Virus record (IMG/VR): IMGVR_UViG_2706796350_000001
Location: 19,325-83,324 of that record
Origin: a virus
Lineage: Duplodnaviria > Caudoviricetes
Length of the DNA: 64,000 nucleotides
Direction: 5' to 3' (one strand)
Under the pieces are notes generated by a model. It worked only from the letters and a program-made list of their open reading frames with translations, was not told the origin of the DNA and did no database searches. The position numbers and the translations under genes were made by a program. Positions 1-9,737 of the stretch are shown here, piece after piece; the stretch's first letter is position 1; the number at the start of each line of letters is the position of its first letter.

Positions 1-47
1 ACAACTGAATACGGACATCTGCAAACACACTGGAAAGTGAGATCGAA

Positions 48-623
48 ATGGCTACACAGCGACGTACCCGCCCCCGTCCGGCGAAGAAGACCACTCCCCC
101 GGCACAGCGCGTAGACGCGCCTGTGGAGGTCGATGAGGTCGAACCCGCCACCAACACCCAGGAACCCGCCGACATCGACGCAGCGGACGAGCTGGGCGGT
201 GTTTTGGACGCCGACAGCACTGTTCCCGACGCCGGTCCCCCGACCGATGACGACGAGAGTGGTGAAGACGACGCAGACGATGTGTCGGATGAGGTCGACG
301 ACGAGGATCACGAAGACGCCATCTACAACTCGGAGTTCCGCACGTTCTGGAACGAGTACGTAGAGACCAACGGCATCAACCTGCCCGAGGGCCACGTTCT
401 GTTCCCCGACGAACCGCTGACGTTCAAGGGCAACACCCTTCGCGGTTCCGTCGTCGAGGTGAGCGAGGACATCTACCGCATGGTGATCCCATTCCGCTCG
501 AAGCGCCCGACGTTCGTTCTCGTGGCTCGTGCCGGAACCATCGTGCCCAAGGCCAAGTTCGTCACCGCCGAGGACTACCGCACTGCAACGCAGGGTGCCC
601 TCGACGTTCTGCTCGGAGAGTGA
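48..623 (+). CDS. Virion-associated hypothetical protein (acidic N-terminal half), upstream of head-tail adaptor
   Basis: 191-aa ORF with SD GGAAAGTGAG and strong GC3 bias; first gene of the structural operon in this window. Confidence 0.7.
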   Translation: MATQRRTRPRPAKKTTPPAQRVDAPVEVDEVEPATNTQEPADIDAADELGGVLDADSTVPDAGPPTDDDESGEDDADDVSDEVDDEDHEDAIYNSEFRTFWNEYVETNGINLPEGHVLFPDEPLTFKGNTLRGSVVEVSEDIYRMVIPFRSKRPTFVLVARAGTIVPKAKFVTAEDYRTATQGALDVLLGE

Positions 624-626
624 CCG

Positions 627-1202
627 ATGGGTGTCGTCACAGTTCCCGAGTTGAAGAACTACCTATCTGGCCTGAACATCACCGACATTCAGGAGCAGAG
701 TCTTGAAACGATCATCGGTGGTGTCCAGTCGGAACTCGAACGACACCTCAACCGACCGGTCCAGCGTCAGCGCGTCATGGAAGAGGCCGATGCCGATCAC
801 GCAGGAAACGTCTACCTTGGCGTGACTCCCATCGTGGAGGTCTACGGCATCTATCCGGTGGGCATGGACGGGGGGCCAGACCTCGTTCATCCTATCGGTA
901 ATTCGGCAAATCCTATGGGCAGCATCTTCCGGCGCAACTCGAACTACCTGAAGCTCGGAGGCGTTGTCGGCGGTGCGGTGTACGTCGACTACCTCGGCGG
1001 CATCAACGGCGATCAAAACCCCGGCCTGAAGCTCGCGATCATGCGTGTGGCGGCACGGGAGTACATGCACAACCACGGGGACTCGATGTCGTTGTCGAAC
1101 ACCGAATCGCGCCCCGAGTCTGATCCGACGCCGACGCCTAAAGGCTGGACCGCAGATGAGTTGCGGCAGTTCGACCGTCTCCGTAGGCGGACGGTGCTGT
1201 GA
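627..1202 (+). CDS. Head-to-tail adaptor / connector
   Basis: VTVPELKNYL N-terminus, Y..G mid-motif and W..DEL..FDRLRRR C-terminus, typical of gp6-like adaptors; position. Confidence 0.7.
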   Translation: MGVVTVPELKNYLSGLNITDIQEQSLETIIGGVQSELERHLNRPVQRQRVMEEADADHAGNVYLGVTPIVEVYGIYPVGMDGGPDLVHPIGNSANPMGSIFRRNSNYLKLGGVVGGAVYVDYLGGINGDQNPGLKLAIMRVAAREYMHNHGDSMSLSNTESRPESDPTPTPKGWTADELRQFDRLRRRTVL

Positions 1203-1672
1203 GCGTCGACATCGTTGTCTCTGGTGGCACGGGGCGGGCACGAGACAGGCTCAGGACGATCAAGACCCGAGCCGCCTATCCAGACGCCGCATGGAGGGCC
1301 GTGGGCCGTTATCTGGCCCGCGAGGTGGACAAGCAGTTCATCACCCGTGGTGCGAACTTCGGGACGCCCTGGAAGCCTCTGGCGTCCAGCACGATCATGC
1401 AGAAGCGCATGGCCGGTTTCCCCGCTCAGCCATTGGTTCGTACCGGCGGCATGAAGCGAGGGTTTCTCTATCCGGCAATCGTTAAGAACGCCAGAGGTTC
1501 GACGGCATCGTTCGGTAGTGGAGACATCATCGCGACATATCAGCACATGGGTACGAGCTTGAACGGCAAGCCGCACATTCCCGCACGCAAGATTATGAAG
1601 GTGACTCCGAAGATGCGTAAAGATGTTCGACGCATTCTCGCTCGCTACCTGATCGATGGAGCAACGACATGA
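1199..1672 (+). CDS. Virion morphogenesis / tail completion protein (Mu gpG-like)
   Basis: W.PLA.ST...K, PLVRTG, YA..HQ.G-like and IPAR motifs; GTGA overlap with previous gene. Confidence 0.7.
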   Translation: MSVDIVVSGGTGRARDRLRTIKTRAAYPDAAWRAVGRYLAREVDKQFITRGANFGTPWKPLASSTIMQKRMAGFPAQPLVRTGGMKRGFLYPAIVKNARGSTASFGSGDIIATYQHMGTSLNGKPHIPARKIMKVTPKMRKDVRRILARYLIDGATT

Positions 1673-2364
1673 CCACACCGACGCCTCCGCCGGACATGAA
1701 CCTGGCAGACCCCAACCGGACGTTGCGGGGTGCGAGTGCAGTTCGATACGGAATTGCCAAGTACCTGAAGGACTCGTACACCGAGACCCGCAACCGCTGT
1801 CTCAACGGATGGAAGATGCAGGGTTCCGAACTCCCGCCTATCGCGATCTTCAGTCCGTTCGACAACATTCAGATCACCAACAACGATAAGCCGATGCTCG
1901 GTGTCGATCCCGTTACGTCCGGTCAGTACAAGACCTCGGACCGCAACGTGTACGGCAGCAACGAGTACCGGCCCACGTACAGCATGCGTGTGACAATCTG
2001 GCTCTTCAGCCCGGACGACGAGTCGGGGAATCCACTCGATGCAGCACGCACACAGGTGATCCGGCAGCGTGACGATCAGCTCGCCGTCCTGAAGACCGCC
2101 ATCCTTGCGCGACCTTCTCTGGCTACCGAAACGCTTTACGTTCCTGCGGAAACCATTCAGGAAACGTACCTCGCACCGACAGCGGCCCCGAACAACTCGA
2201 AGCGTTGGTTGATCGCAGGCCAACTATCATTCGATGTGCAGGCCGACGAGTGGGTCACATTCGATGCCGTTGGTCGAGTAGTCGGATCGAAGATCGGTGT
2301 GGATACGGAGGTGTTACTCAATCACGATCGGCCCCCGTTCAATAACGTCAACTTGCTCCCGTGA
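1669..2364 (+). CDS. Putative tail terminator / neck protein
   Basis: 231-aa ORF coupled by ATGA overlap, between morphogenesis gene and sheath. Confidence 0.5.
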   Translation: MTTPTPPPDMNLADPNRTLRGASAVRYGIAKYLKDSYTETRNRCLNGWKMQGSELPPIAIFSPFDNIQITNNDKPMLGVDPVTSGQYKTSDRNVYGSNEYRPTYSMRVTIWLFSPDDESGNPLDAARTQVIRQRDDQLAVLKTAILARPSLATETLYVPAETIQETYLAPTAAPNNSKRWLIAGQLSFDVQADEWVTFDAVGRVVGSKIGVDTEVLLNHDRPPFNNVNLLP

Positions 2365-2378
2365 AGGAGGGACAACAA

Positions 2379-2708
2379 ATGAAGCTCGTATTCAATCCGA
2401 GCCAGACGGATTCGGTTGTCTACAGTGACGACGGCTTGATGGTCGCTCCCGGTGAGTGGGCCTATCTCGACGACGACACCTACCGCCGTATCGACAACTT
2501 GCTCAACACTCGAAAGCTGGTGGAGGTGGAAGTTCCGGCAACCATGCCGAGCAACATCGCTCCCGGTGCAGCCGCAGCCATGAAGCGTGCGATCGAGGAT
2601 CGACAGGCTCCGAACGTTGCGGAATCGACCGACGAGGACGACACCCCGTCGCCGGTACGCAATACTGGTCGCAGCCGCAACACCACCACCAAGAAGAAGG
2701 AGGCATAG
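2379..2708 (+). CDS. Hypothetical structural-region protein
   Basis: AAGGAGG SD at 2364-2370 supports ATG 2379 rather than the ORF-track start. Confidence 0.65.
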   Translation: MKLVFNPSQTDSVVYSDDGLMVAPGEWAYLDDDTYRRIDNLLNTRKLVEVEVPATMPSNIAPGAAAAMKRAIEDRQAPNVAESTDEDDTPSPVRNTGRSRNTTTKKKEA

Positions 2709-2711
2709 CAA

Positions 2712-4160
2712 ATGCCCGGTGTGAACGTAACTACCTCCGTCAAGAACGGGCCGTCGACCCCACTGCGCTCGGCGTCCGGCCAGGCGTTCTTCAGCGGTCT
2801 GGCAGAGCGGGGTCCGAGTGACGCCGCGATCCTGATCCGTGGTCTGGCCGACTACGAGTCGGTCTTCGGCAAGCGCCCCGCCTACGGGTATCTCTACGAC
2901 ACTGTGAAGACGTTCTTCGATGAGGGCGGCGAGCAGGCGTACGTGACCCGAGTCGTCGGCCCTGACGCCACCAAGGGCACCATCGTGCTCGTGGACCGCG
3001 CCACCCCGACCCCAGCCAATACTCTGACGTTCGATGCAGCGTCGGCGGGTGCATGGTCGGGCGACCTGAAGATCGCAGTGGAGGACGGATCGATTGCCGA
3101 TTCGGTGAAGGTCACGGTTCTCCTTCGCGGCGAGCCGGTCGAGGTTCAGAACAACCTCCGCACTCCCGCACAGATCGCACAGCGTTTCTCGACTTCCGTG
3201 TTCGTCGATGTCACCAACATGGGCAGCACGTCGGTCGGCGTTCTCGCCCTTCCGGCGGTCGGTGTTTACACAGTGACGGCGGGAGACGACAAGCGCAGCG
3301 TCGTCCAGTCGGAGAACTACATCGCTTCGTTGGAGAACTTCACTGAAGGTCTCGGTGACGGTGCGGTTGCGATCCCCGGCGTCGGTCCGTCCGTTCACGA
3401 CGGTCTCGTGGCGCACGCCAAGAAGAACCGCCGTATCGCCCTCCTGTCGCACAACGACGGCGCAACGAAGACCGAGCTTGCTCAGACGGTCACCGCCGTG
3501 GACGACGACTCTGCGGGCCTGTTCGCTCCGTGGATTCAGGTCAACGACGGTGCAGGCGGCATCCGCAACTCGCCGCCCGAGGGATTCGTCGCAGCGTGTC
3601 GCGCTCGTGCACACGACACCGTGGGCGCATGGCGAGCACCGGCAGGTGGCATTGCCATCGCACGTAACGTCCTCGGCGTTGCAACGGAATACACCAAGCA
3701 GGAAACGGAGTCCCTGGACGCCGCCCGTGTGTCGGTGATCCGCCGTGTGTCGCAGAGCCTCCGCCTGTACGGTTGGCGGTCGCTGTCGTCGGACGAGCAG
3801 AACTACGGCTTCCTGTCGGCCCGTGACGTTCTGAACCGTCTGGTCGTGGAGTCGGAGAAGCGGCTCGAAGATTACGTCTTCGCTCCCATCGACTCGAAGA
3901 ACCAGCTCCTGTCCGCGATCAACGCCGAACTGGTGGGCATCGTGGAGCCGATGCGTCAGGCCGGTGGTCTGTACGAGCAGATCGACGCCAACGGTCAGCA
4001 GATCGACCCCGGCTACATGATCGAGACCGGCAACACCGTGAACAGCGCACAGTCCCTCGCGAACAACGAGGTCCGTGCCCGTCTCTCGGTCCGACTGTCC
4101 CCGACCGGCGCACTCGTGTCGCTCGACATCGTGAAGGTCTCCTTGCTCTCCGGTCTCTGA
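2712..4160 (+). CDS. Tail sheath protein
   Basis: MPGVNV start, FF.G.AERGP, Y.DTVKTFFDEGG..AYV.RV, PP.G.VAA..AR, WG.RSLS and R.LN..V motifs of contractile sheaths. Confidence 0.92.
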   Translation: MPGVNVTTSVKNGPSTPLRSASGQAFFSGLAERGPSDAAILIRGLADYESVFGKRPAYGYLYDTVKTFFDEGGEQAYVTRVVGPDATKGTIVLVDRATPTPANTLTFDAASAGAWSGDLKIAVEDGSIADSVKVTVLLRGEPVEVQNNLRTPAQIAQRFSTSVFVDVTNMGSTSVGVLALPAVGVYTVTAGDDKRSVVQSENYIASLENFTEGLGDGAVAIPGVGPSVHDGLVAHAKKNRRIALLSHNDGATKTELAQTVTAVDDDSAGLFAPWIQVNDGAGGIRNSPPEGFVAACRARAHDTVGAWRAPAGGIAIARNVLGVATEYTKQETESLDAARVSVIRRVSQSLRLYGWRSLSSDEQNYGFLSARDVLNRLVVESEKRLEDYVFAPIDSKNQLLSAINAELVGIVEPMRQAGGLYEQIDANGQQIDPGYMIETGNTVNSAQSLANNEVRARLSVRLSPTGALVSLDIVKVSLLSGL

Positions 4161-4202
4161 TCGGTTGCAGGAACTTCCAAACTCAAGTAAGGAGATACCA
4201 AA

Positions 4203-4610
4203 ATGGCAAAGAGCGCACAGCGGCAATTCCTCATCAAGGTTGCCGGAATCGATGGGTACTTCGCAGCCAAGTCGGGCGGCGACATCTCGTCGGACACGAA
4301 CAAGGTCTACGACGGCGGCAGCGACACTCCCGACGTGCTCGCAGGACCGGCAGAGGCGGACAACATCACCGTCTCCCGCTCGTACGACTACCAGCGCGAC
4401 GGGGCGGTTCTGAAGCGCCTCCGTAAGCAGGTGGGTCGTTGGTCGACCACCGTGTCGATCACCGCCACTGACCGCGACCTCGTGGCTATCGCGGAGCCGC
4501 AGGTCTACCCCGATGCTCTTCTCGTCGGCCTGACCGAACCGGAGACCGACGCGTCGTCCGGTGACGCAGCCGAATACGAGTTGGAGTTCGCGATCGGATC
4601 GTTCGTCTAG
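4203..4610 (+). CDS. Tail tube protein (T4 gp19-like fold)
   Basis: 135 aa directly after sheath; F..KSGG, ITVSR.YD..RD and D.SSGDAAEYELEF pattern. Confidence 0.85.
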   Translation: MAKSAQRQFLIKVAGIDGYFAAKSGGDISSDTNKVYDGGSDTPDVLAGPAEADNITVSRSYDYQRDGAVLKRLRKQVGRWSTTVSITATDRDLVAIAEPQVYPDALLVGLTEPETDASSGDAAEYELEFAIGSFV

Positions 4611-4625
4611 GCGATCCCCATGATT

Positions 4626-4668
4626 GTGACGGAGGGCGTTTCGCAGATGGGCGTCCTCCGTCACTCTT
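4626..4668 (+). terminator. Long hairpin after tail tube gene (terminator / attenuator)
   Basis: GTGACGGAGGGCG (4626-4638) pairs with CGTCCTCCGTCAC (4652-4664) with one G-U, followed by TCTT. Confidence 0.6.
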
Positions 4669-4710
4669 ACATCTGCACTACATCTGCAAATGTTTTAGGA
4701 GACAACCAAA

Positions 4711-5280
4711 ATGGCTGACGCCAACTACACCCCACAGATCAACACCGGCGGCGGAGTGGACGACACGTTCACCGAACCGACCAGCAACGTCGTACTCGGT
4801 TCCGGCCTCGACATCCTTCAGGAAGCTCTGAAAGAGAATGTCCGGCTGGACACGTACAGCTACTCGGTTCCGGCACGCAAGACCCTTCGCCTGATCCTCG
4901 ATCCCAACATCGACGGTGAACAGTTCCAGCGTTGGCAGCGCAGCTCGATCATCGGCAAGGCACGCGGCAACGATTCGCAGGTCGATTCGGTCAAGCTCGC
5001 AGCCGTCGTCATCGCGAACTGCACGGCGGGTGTGGAGGTTCGGCATCCCAGTGGTGAGTACACCGAAGTCCGCGACTCCAACGGTGGTGCTCTGGACTTC
5101 CGCAACCCCGAGTTCCGAAAGATGCTCGTGGGCGATGACCCCGTGTCGTCGGCATCGCAGCTCGTCCGCAAGTTGTTCGGCAACGACGGGCACATGCTCG
5201 AATGCTCCCGTGACCTGATGACACAGGCCGGTTACGGGGATGAGGACGAAGAAGGCGGTTACGGCGACCCTTTGGAGTGA
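4711..5280 (+). CDS. Tail assembly chaperone (short form)
   Basis: Between tube and tape measure; SD AGGAG; ends just after the slippery heptamer. Confidence 0.75.
   Translation: MADANYTPQINTGGGVDDTFTEPTSNVVLGSGLDILQEALKENVRLDTYSYSVPARKTLRLILDPNIDGEQFQRWQRSSIIGKARGNDSQVDSVKLAAVVIANCTAGVEVRHPSGEYTEVRDSNGGALDFRNPEFRKMLVGDDPVSSASQLVRKLFGNDGHMLECSRDLMTQAGYGDEDEEGGYGDPLE
5268..5274 (+). promoter_or_regulatory. Programmed -1 ribosomal frameshift site C CCT TTG
   Basis: X XXY YYZ heptamer in frame (gaC CCT TTG gag tga); the -1 frame CCC TTT GGA GTG ACG is continuous with ORF 5277-5477. Confidence 0.8.
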
Positions 5281-5477
5281 CGTTCCTGAAGGGCCAGTCG
5301 ACGTTGCGGCTTGGTGCACAGATCGCGTCGGAGTTTCGCTTGGACCCGATCACGGTGCTCAACTCCACATCGCTCGAATGGCAAGTCAGGCTCGCTGCCT
5401 TTGAGTACATCCGCGAAGAGAAGAAGAAAGAAGCGGACAAGATGAAGGCAGAGTCCAAACGAGGTAGACGGAAGTAA
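5277..5477 (+). CDS. Tail assembly chaperone C-terminal extension (frameshift product 4711-5274 joined to the -1 frame ending 5477)
   Basis: 66-aa ORF in the -1 frame of the chaperone, immediately before tape measure. Confidence 0.75.
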   Translation: MTFLKGQSTLRLGAQIASEFRLDPITVLNSTSLEWQVRLAAFEYIREEKKKEADKMKAESKRGRRK

Positions 5478-5517
5478 TTGGGGCTGACTCGGACAGCTCG
5501 ACACGAGAGGAAACACA

Positions 5518-8500
5518 ATGCCAGGATCAGATGACGAAACAATCATCGTTAGGGCGATCCTCCGTGACGAGTTGTCCGATCAGGCCAACCGTGTAGACGA
5601 GAGTCTTACCAATTTGCGTAGCAGCATGGATGAGACCGCGAGTTCCACGGACAACTTGACGGATGCTGAACGTCGCAATCAGCAACAGTCCGAGCGCACT
5701 GCACGACAGATCGCATCGGAGAACCGCGCCCGTGATGAGCGCGGTCGATTCATCCGTACGGAAACGACGGAAGTCAACAACAACAGCTCGTCGTTGCGAC
5801 GCAACACCCGTGAGCGTTCCGCCTCGAACAAGATCGCGGCCAAATCCACGAAGTCGTTCGGCAAGCTCTTGGGACTTTTTGGGCAGTTCGCAAAGGTCGG
5901 GACGATGCTCGATGCAGTCGTCACGGCAGCCCCCGGCGTCATGGCCCTCGGTGCAGCAGGTGTTGCGGCTGGTGCCGGTCTTTCGCAGCTCTCCGGCGCA
6001 GCACTGCCGTTGCCCGCCCTCATGCTTGGTGTTGGTCAAGCAATGGGAGTGATGAAGATGGCGACGGCGGGCATGGGCGATGCAGTCAAGGCGCTCTCTA
6101 GTGGCGAGTTTGATAAGTTTGCCGAAGCCACAAAGGATATGAGCCCAGCAGCTATCGCCACTGCTAAGTCTCTCGGTGAGATGGGTCAGCAGTTCTCTGA
6201 GATGAAGAAGGAAATCCAGGGAAAGGTATTTGAAGGACTCAGCGCCAGGTTTGACACATTGGGCAAAAACATCATGCCCGCAGTCAAAGCCTCGTTCATG
6301 GGTACCGCCGAAGGTATCAACACAGGCGTCAAGGCTCTTCTGGACTTCACCAATTCGGCACAGGGACTCCGACAGGTCAAGACGATCCTCGCCGGTACGT
6401 CCACCATCTCGAAGGACTTCGCAATCGGAATGGGTGATGCGGGTCGAGCAGCGATCGGCATGCTCTCTGCCACCATGCCGGTAGCCAAACAGATGTCTGA
6501 ACAGCTCCGTGCTGGCATGAACGGCCTCGCCAACTCCATTCAGGCCAACCAGGGCAAGATCACCGCATTCGCGCAACGAGGCTATGACTTGTTCCGTCGA
6601 ATCGTCGGTGTGCTTGTTGACCTCGGCAAGGGCATTTTCAATATCGGCAAACAGTCGCTGGGTCTCGCCGGGTTCATGGGCAAGGGTATCGAGGACATGG
6701 CTCGTAAGTTTGAGCAGTGGACTAGCTCTGTCGAAGGCCAGAACAAGATCGGCCAGGTGTTTGCGCAAGCTAAGCCTGTACTCGAAGCGGTTGGTCGCCT
6801 GATCGGTGTCGTTGCTACCGAGTTTGGAAAGTTGGCAACTAACGCAGGCAACAACCAGAATCTCGTCAACCTGATCGACAAGTTGGCGGAGATGGTTCCG
6901 ATCATGGCCGACATCGCGCAACAGGCGGGTGGCAACTTCCTGCCGAGTCTTATGAAGATTGCGGATGCGGTTCTCCGCATTGTCGAGGGCATGGACACGA
7001 TGGGTCCGATGGCGATCCTGATGTCTGCCGTCGCAGAGCCGACCGCGATCCTAGCCGACGCGTTCACTGCGCTCCCCGGACCGATCCAACAGACGATCGG
7101 TTATCTCGTCATGTTCGGCCTTGCCGTGAAGACCGCAGCAGCGTCGGCACTCGGGCAGTACATCCTTCAGACTCAGTTCGCTACGGCATGGACCAACTAC
7201 TTCAAGCTGGCTCTGTCTAGCGCCATGACTCGCATGAAGGCGTTTGCAGCGGCGAAGATGGCTACCGCACTCACCGCGATCAAGACCGGATTCATGGCAG
7301 CGGCAACGGCAGTGCGTGCATTTAGCATGTCTCTGCTTTCGTTCCTGTTCACGAACCCTATTGGCTGGATCATCCTCGCTGTGATCGCACTCGTCGCGGT
7401 CTTCGTGATCCTGTGGAAGAAATGCGAGGGCTTCCGCAACGTCGTCAAGGCAATCGGACAATGGTTTGTCGATGTCTGGAACAACACACTCTTTCCCATC
7501 ATCATGAAGGTGTGGGAGTGGATGAAGATGGCATGGGACAAGGTGTATGCCGTCGTGAGCACCGTGGTCATGGCGATCGTGAACTGGTTCCGCTCGAACT
7601 GGGACACCATCAAGGCGATCGCGATGGGAGTCTTCAACGCACTAAAGCTGTACGTGACGATCATGTTCAACATCTACAAGGCGATCTTCCTCGCCATCGT
7701 TGCGGTTGTGAAGTTCGTTTTCAATCTCATCAAAACGATTGTCACCACCGCGTTCAATGTGATCAAGGCCGTCGTACTCTTCTTCGCCCCAGTCTTCATC
7801 GGAGCGTTCAAGCTGTTCGTGTCTGTCGTGCGCCTCGTGTTCACGGTCATCAAGGCGATCATCACGGTGGCATTCGCGGTCATCAAGCTCATCGTACTGG
7901 TTGTCATTTACGCAATCATCCAAGCGTGGAAGGGACTCGTTGCCGTCTGGCGATTCATTTGGAGCATCGTGATGGCAGTTGTTCGACCTATCTGGGCAGC
8001 GATCAAGATAGGCTGGACGTTCCTCTGGAACACCATCAAGACTGTCTTTATGGCGGTGTGGAACGCGATCCTCGCAGTCATCCGGTTCCTCGCCCCGATC
8101 GTCCAGGGTGTGATGAACTTTGTCTCGATGATCTTCACTACCGCGTGGAACATCATCAAGATGGTTGCCTCGGTAGTCTTCAACGCCATCGCCGCAGTCA
8201 TCCGCACCATCATTGGAGTGGTTATGACAGTTGGCGGCGCGATCCGCAGTGGGTTCTCGTCTGCATGGAACTTTGTTTCAGGGATTGTGAGTTCCGTAGT
8301 TGGAACAATCCGAGGGATCATCGATACGATCTCTGGCGTCGTTACCCGTGTTGCTGGTTCTGTTCGTAGTGGTTTCGAGGGTGCGTTTAACGCGGTCAAG
8401 AACGTGGTCGGTGGGGTCATCGACACCATCAAGGGATGGATCGACAGCATCACCAGCAAGATCAACTCGATGAAGGATGGCATCGTCGGAGTGCTGGACA

Positions 8501-8937
8501 CGATCAACCCATTCAACTTTGCTGGTGGTCCGATCACCGCAGGTACAACTTCGTATGTCGGCGAGCTTGGCCCCGAGGCGTTCGTTACGCACACCGGCAA
8601 GGTGGAGATGATTGGTGAGCGCGGTATGGAGCTTCGTACCTTCAACCGCCCCGGCTACATCGTCCCGAACCACGTGCTCAACGGCGTTGCTGACTCTTCG
8701 GTTCCGAAGGGCGTGATGAACAAGCTCGCCAAGGCGAACGCACCGCAGCCGACGATGGGCACTCAGACCAGCGCAGCCGGTCACAGCCGCTTGTCCTCGA
8801 ACGACTACATGAAGGGTCAGCAGGGAGGCGGCAACAACTACACGATCAATATCCACGGCAGCGGCAGCAACGAGATTCGTACCGCCGTCGTGGCCGCAGT
8901 CCGAGACATCGAGCGCAGCAACAAGGAGCGTGACTGA
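5518..8937 (+). CDS. Tape measure protein
   Basis: 1139 aa, Ala/Gly-rich amphipathic repeats with periodic W/F, hydrophobic central region, C-terminal FAGGP...VGELGPE motif. Confidence 0.93.
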   Translation: MPGSDDETIIVRAILRDELSDQANRVDESLTNLRSSMDETASSTDNLTDAERRNQQQSERTARQIASENRARDERGRFIRTETTEVNNNSSSLRRNTRERSASNKIAAKSTKSFGKLLGLFGQFAKVGTMLDAVVTAAPGVMALGAAGVAAGAGLSQLSGAALPLPALMLGVGQAMGVMKMATAGMGDAVKALSSGEFDKFAEATKDMSPAAIATAKSLGEMGQQFSEMKKEIQGKVFEGLSARFDTLGKNIMPAVKASFMGTAEGINTGVKALLDFTNSAQGLRQVKTILAGTSTISKDFAIGMGDAGRAAIGMLSATMPVAKQMSEQLRAGMNGLANSIQANQGKITAFAQRGYDLFRRIVGVLVDLGKGIFNIGKQSLGLAGFMGKGIEDMARKFEQWTSSVEGQNKIGQVFAQAKPVLEAVGRLIGVVATEFGKLATNAGNNQNLVNLIDKLAEMVPIMADIAQQAGGNFLPSLMKIADAVLRIVEGMDTMGPMAILMSAVAEPTAILADAFTALPGPIQQTIGYLVMFGLAVKTAAASALGQYILQTQFATAWTNYFKLALSSAMTRMKAFAAAKMATALTAIKTGFMAAATAVRAFSMSLLSFLFTNPIGWIILAVIALVAVFVILWKKCEGFRNVVKAIGQWFVDVWNNTLFPIIMKVWEWMKMAWDKVYAVVSTVVMAIVNWFRSNWDTIKAIAMGVFNALKLYVTIMFNIYKAIFLAIVAVVKFVFNLIKTIVTTAFNVIKAVVLFFAPVFIGAFKLFVSVVRLVFTVIKAIITVAFAVIKLIVLVVIYAIIQAWKGLVAVWRFIWSIVMAVVRPIWAAIKIGWTFLWNTIKTVFMAVWNAILAVIRFLAPIVQGVMNFVSMIFTTAWNIIKMVASVVFNAIAAVIRTIIGVVMTVGGAIRSGFSSAWNFVSGIVSSVVGTIRGIIDTISGVVTRVAGSVRSGFEGAFNAVKNVVGGVIDTIKGWIDSITSKINSMKDGIVGVLDTINPFNFAGGPITAGTTSYVGELGPEAFVTHTGKVEMIGERGMELRTFNRPGYIVPNHVLNGVADSSVPKGVMNKLAKANAPQPTMGTQTSAAGHSRLSSNDYMKGQQGGGNNYTINIHGSGSNEIRTAVVAAVRDIERSNKERD

Positions 8938-8939
8938 GT

Positions 8940-9737
8940 ATGCCGTCTGTACAGATCATCGTCCCCAAGTACGACTCCAAGTCGGGGCGTCCCAAGATGA
9001 TTCTCATGGGATCGAACGGCGATATGTTCTCGGTCCCGTGGGCACCACGTTCGGTCCAGCACTCGAACCTCGGAGAAGAGGTAGTCGAAGTCGAGCGCGC
9101 CGGTCGGTATCCCGAACTCATGGTGAAGAATCCGCAACTTCACAAAATGTCCTTCGGCCTCACCCTTGGCAAGGACATCAACGTATCGATCGAGCCTGAG
9201 CTGAAGCGCCTGGAAGCCATCATCAAGGCCGGTGGATGGATTCAGATTCTCTACGGTCAGCGGGAAACCGGTTTGTGGAAAAACGTAGGGTTCTCGTACG
9301 AGTCTGTGGAACGCGAGCCGATCCAGAACCAGATCAGCCGTGCCACGGTCTCGCTGGACTTCACCGAGGTACCTGATGCGCGAGTGACAGTTGCCAAGTT
9401 CTCAAACGACTTCAACTTCCGAGATGATGCGGTGACTGCGTCCATCTCTCAGTCCCTCGTCGAACTCGCCAAGACCACCAGAGCCATTTCTACGGGGTCG
9501 AACACCAATACGGGCACAAGTACTAGCGGGCCTGCCAATAGCGGCACAGGGGGCAACACAGGGGCCGGAGGAAGCACCACCACGACGCCGCCACACATCG
9601 TTCAGTCGGGGGAGACCCTGTTGTCGATCGCGCAGAAGTACTACGGCCAGTACGGCGAGCAGTTCTGGCGGCTCATCGGTGACTACAACAAGGTCATCGG
9701 TTCACTCAACATCGGGCAGATTCTGAGAATCCCGTGA
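8940..9737 (+). CDS. LysM-domain baseplate / tube-initiator protein
   Basis: C-terminal LysM (HIVQSGETLLSIAQKYYG...NKV...LNIGQILRIP) after tape measure, as in contractile tail modules. Confidence 0.8.
   Translation: MPSVQIIVPKYDSKSGRPKMILMGSNGDMFSVPWAPRSVQHSNLGEEVVEVERAGRYPELMVKNPQLHKMSFGLTLGKDINVSIEPELKRLEAIIKAGGWIQILYGQRETGLWKNVGFSYESVEREPIQNQISRATVSLDFTEVPDARVTVAKFSNDFNFRDDAVTASISQSLVELAKTTRAISTGSNTNTGTSTSGPANSGTGGNTGAGGSTTTTPPHIVQSGETLLSIAQKYYGQYGEQFWRLIGDYNKVIGSLNIGQILRIP

Noticed and set aside
2322-4664. 780-aa antisense ORF over sheath and tube (likewise 5527-6921, 9936-11084, 16982-18154, 18638-19984, 20657-22111, 32014-33165)
   Set aside because: Shadow ORFs expected from strong GC3 bias on the sense strand; no SD or recognisable motifs
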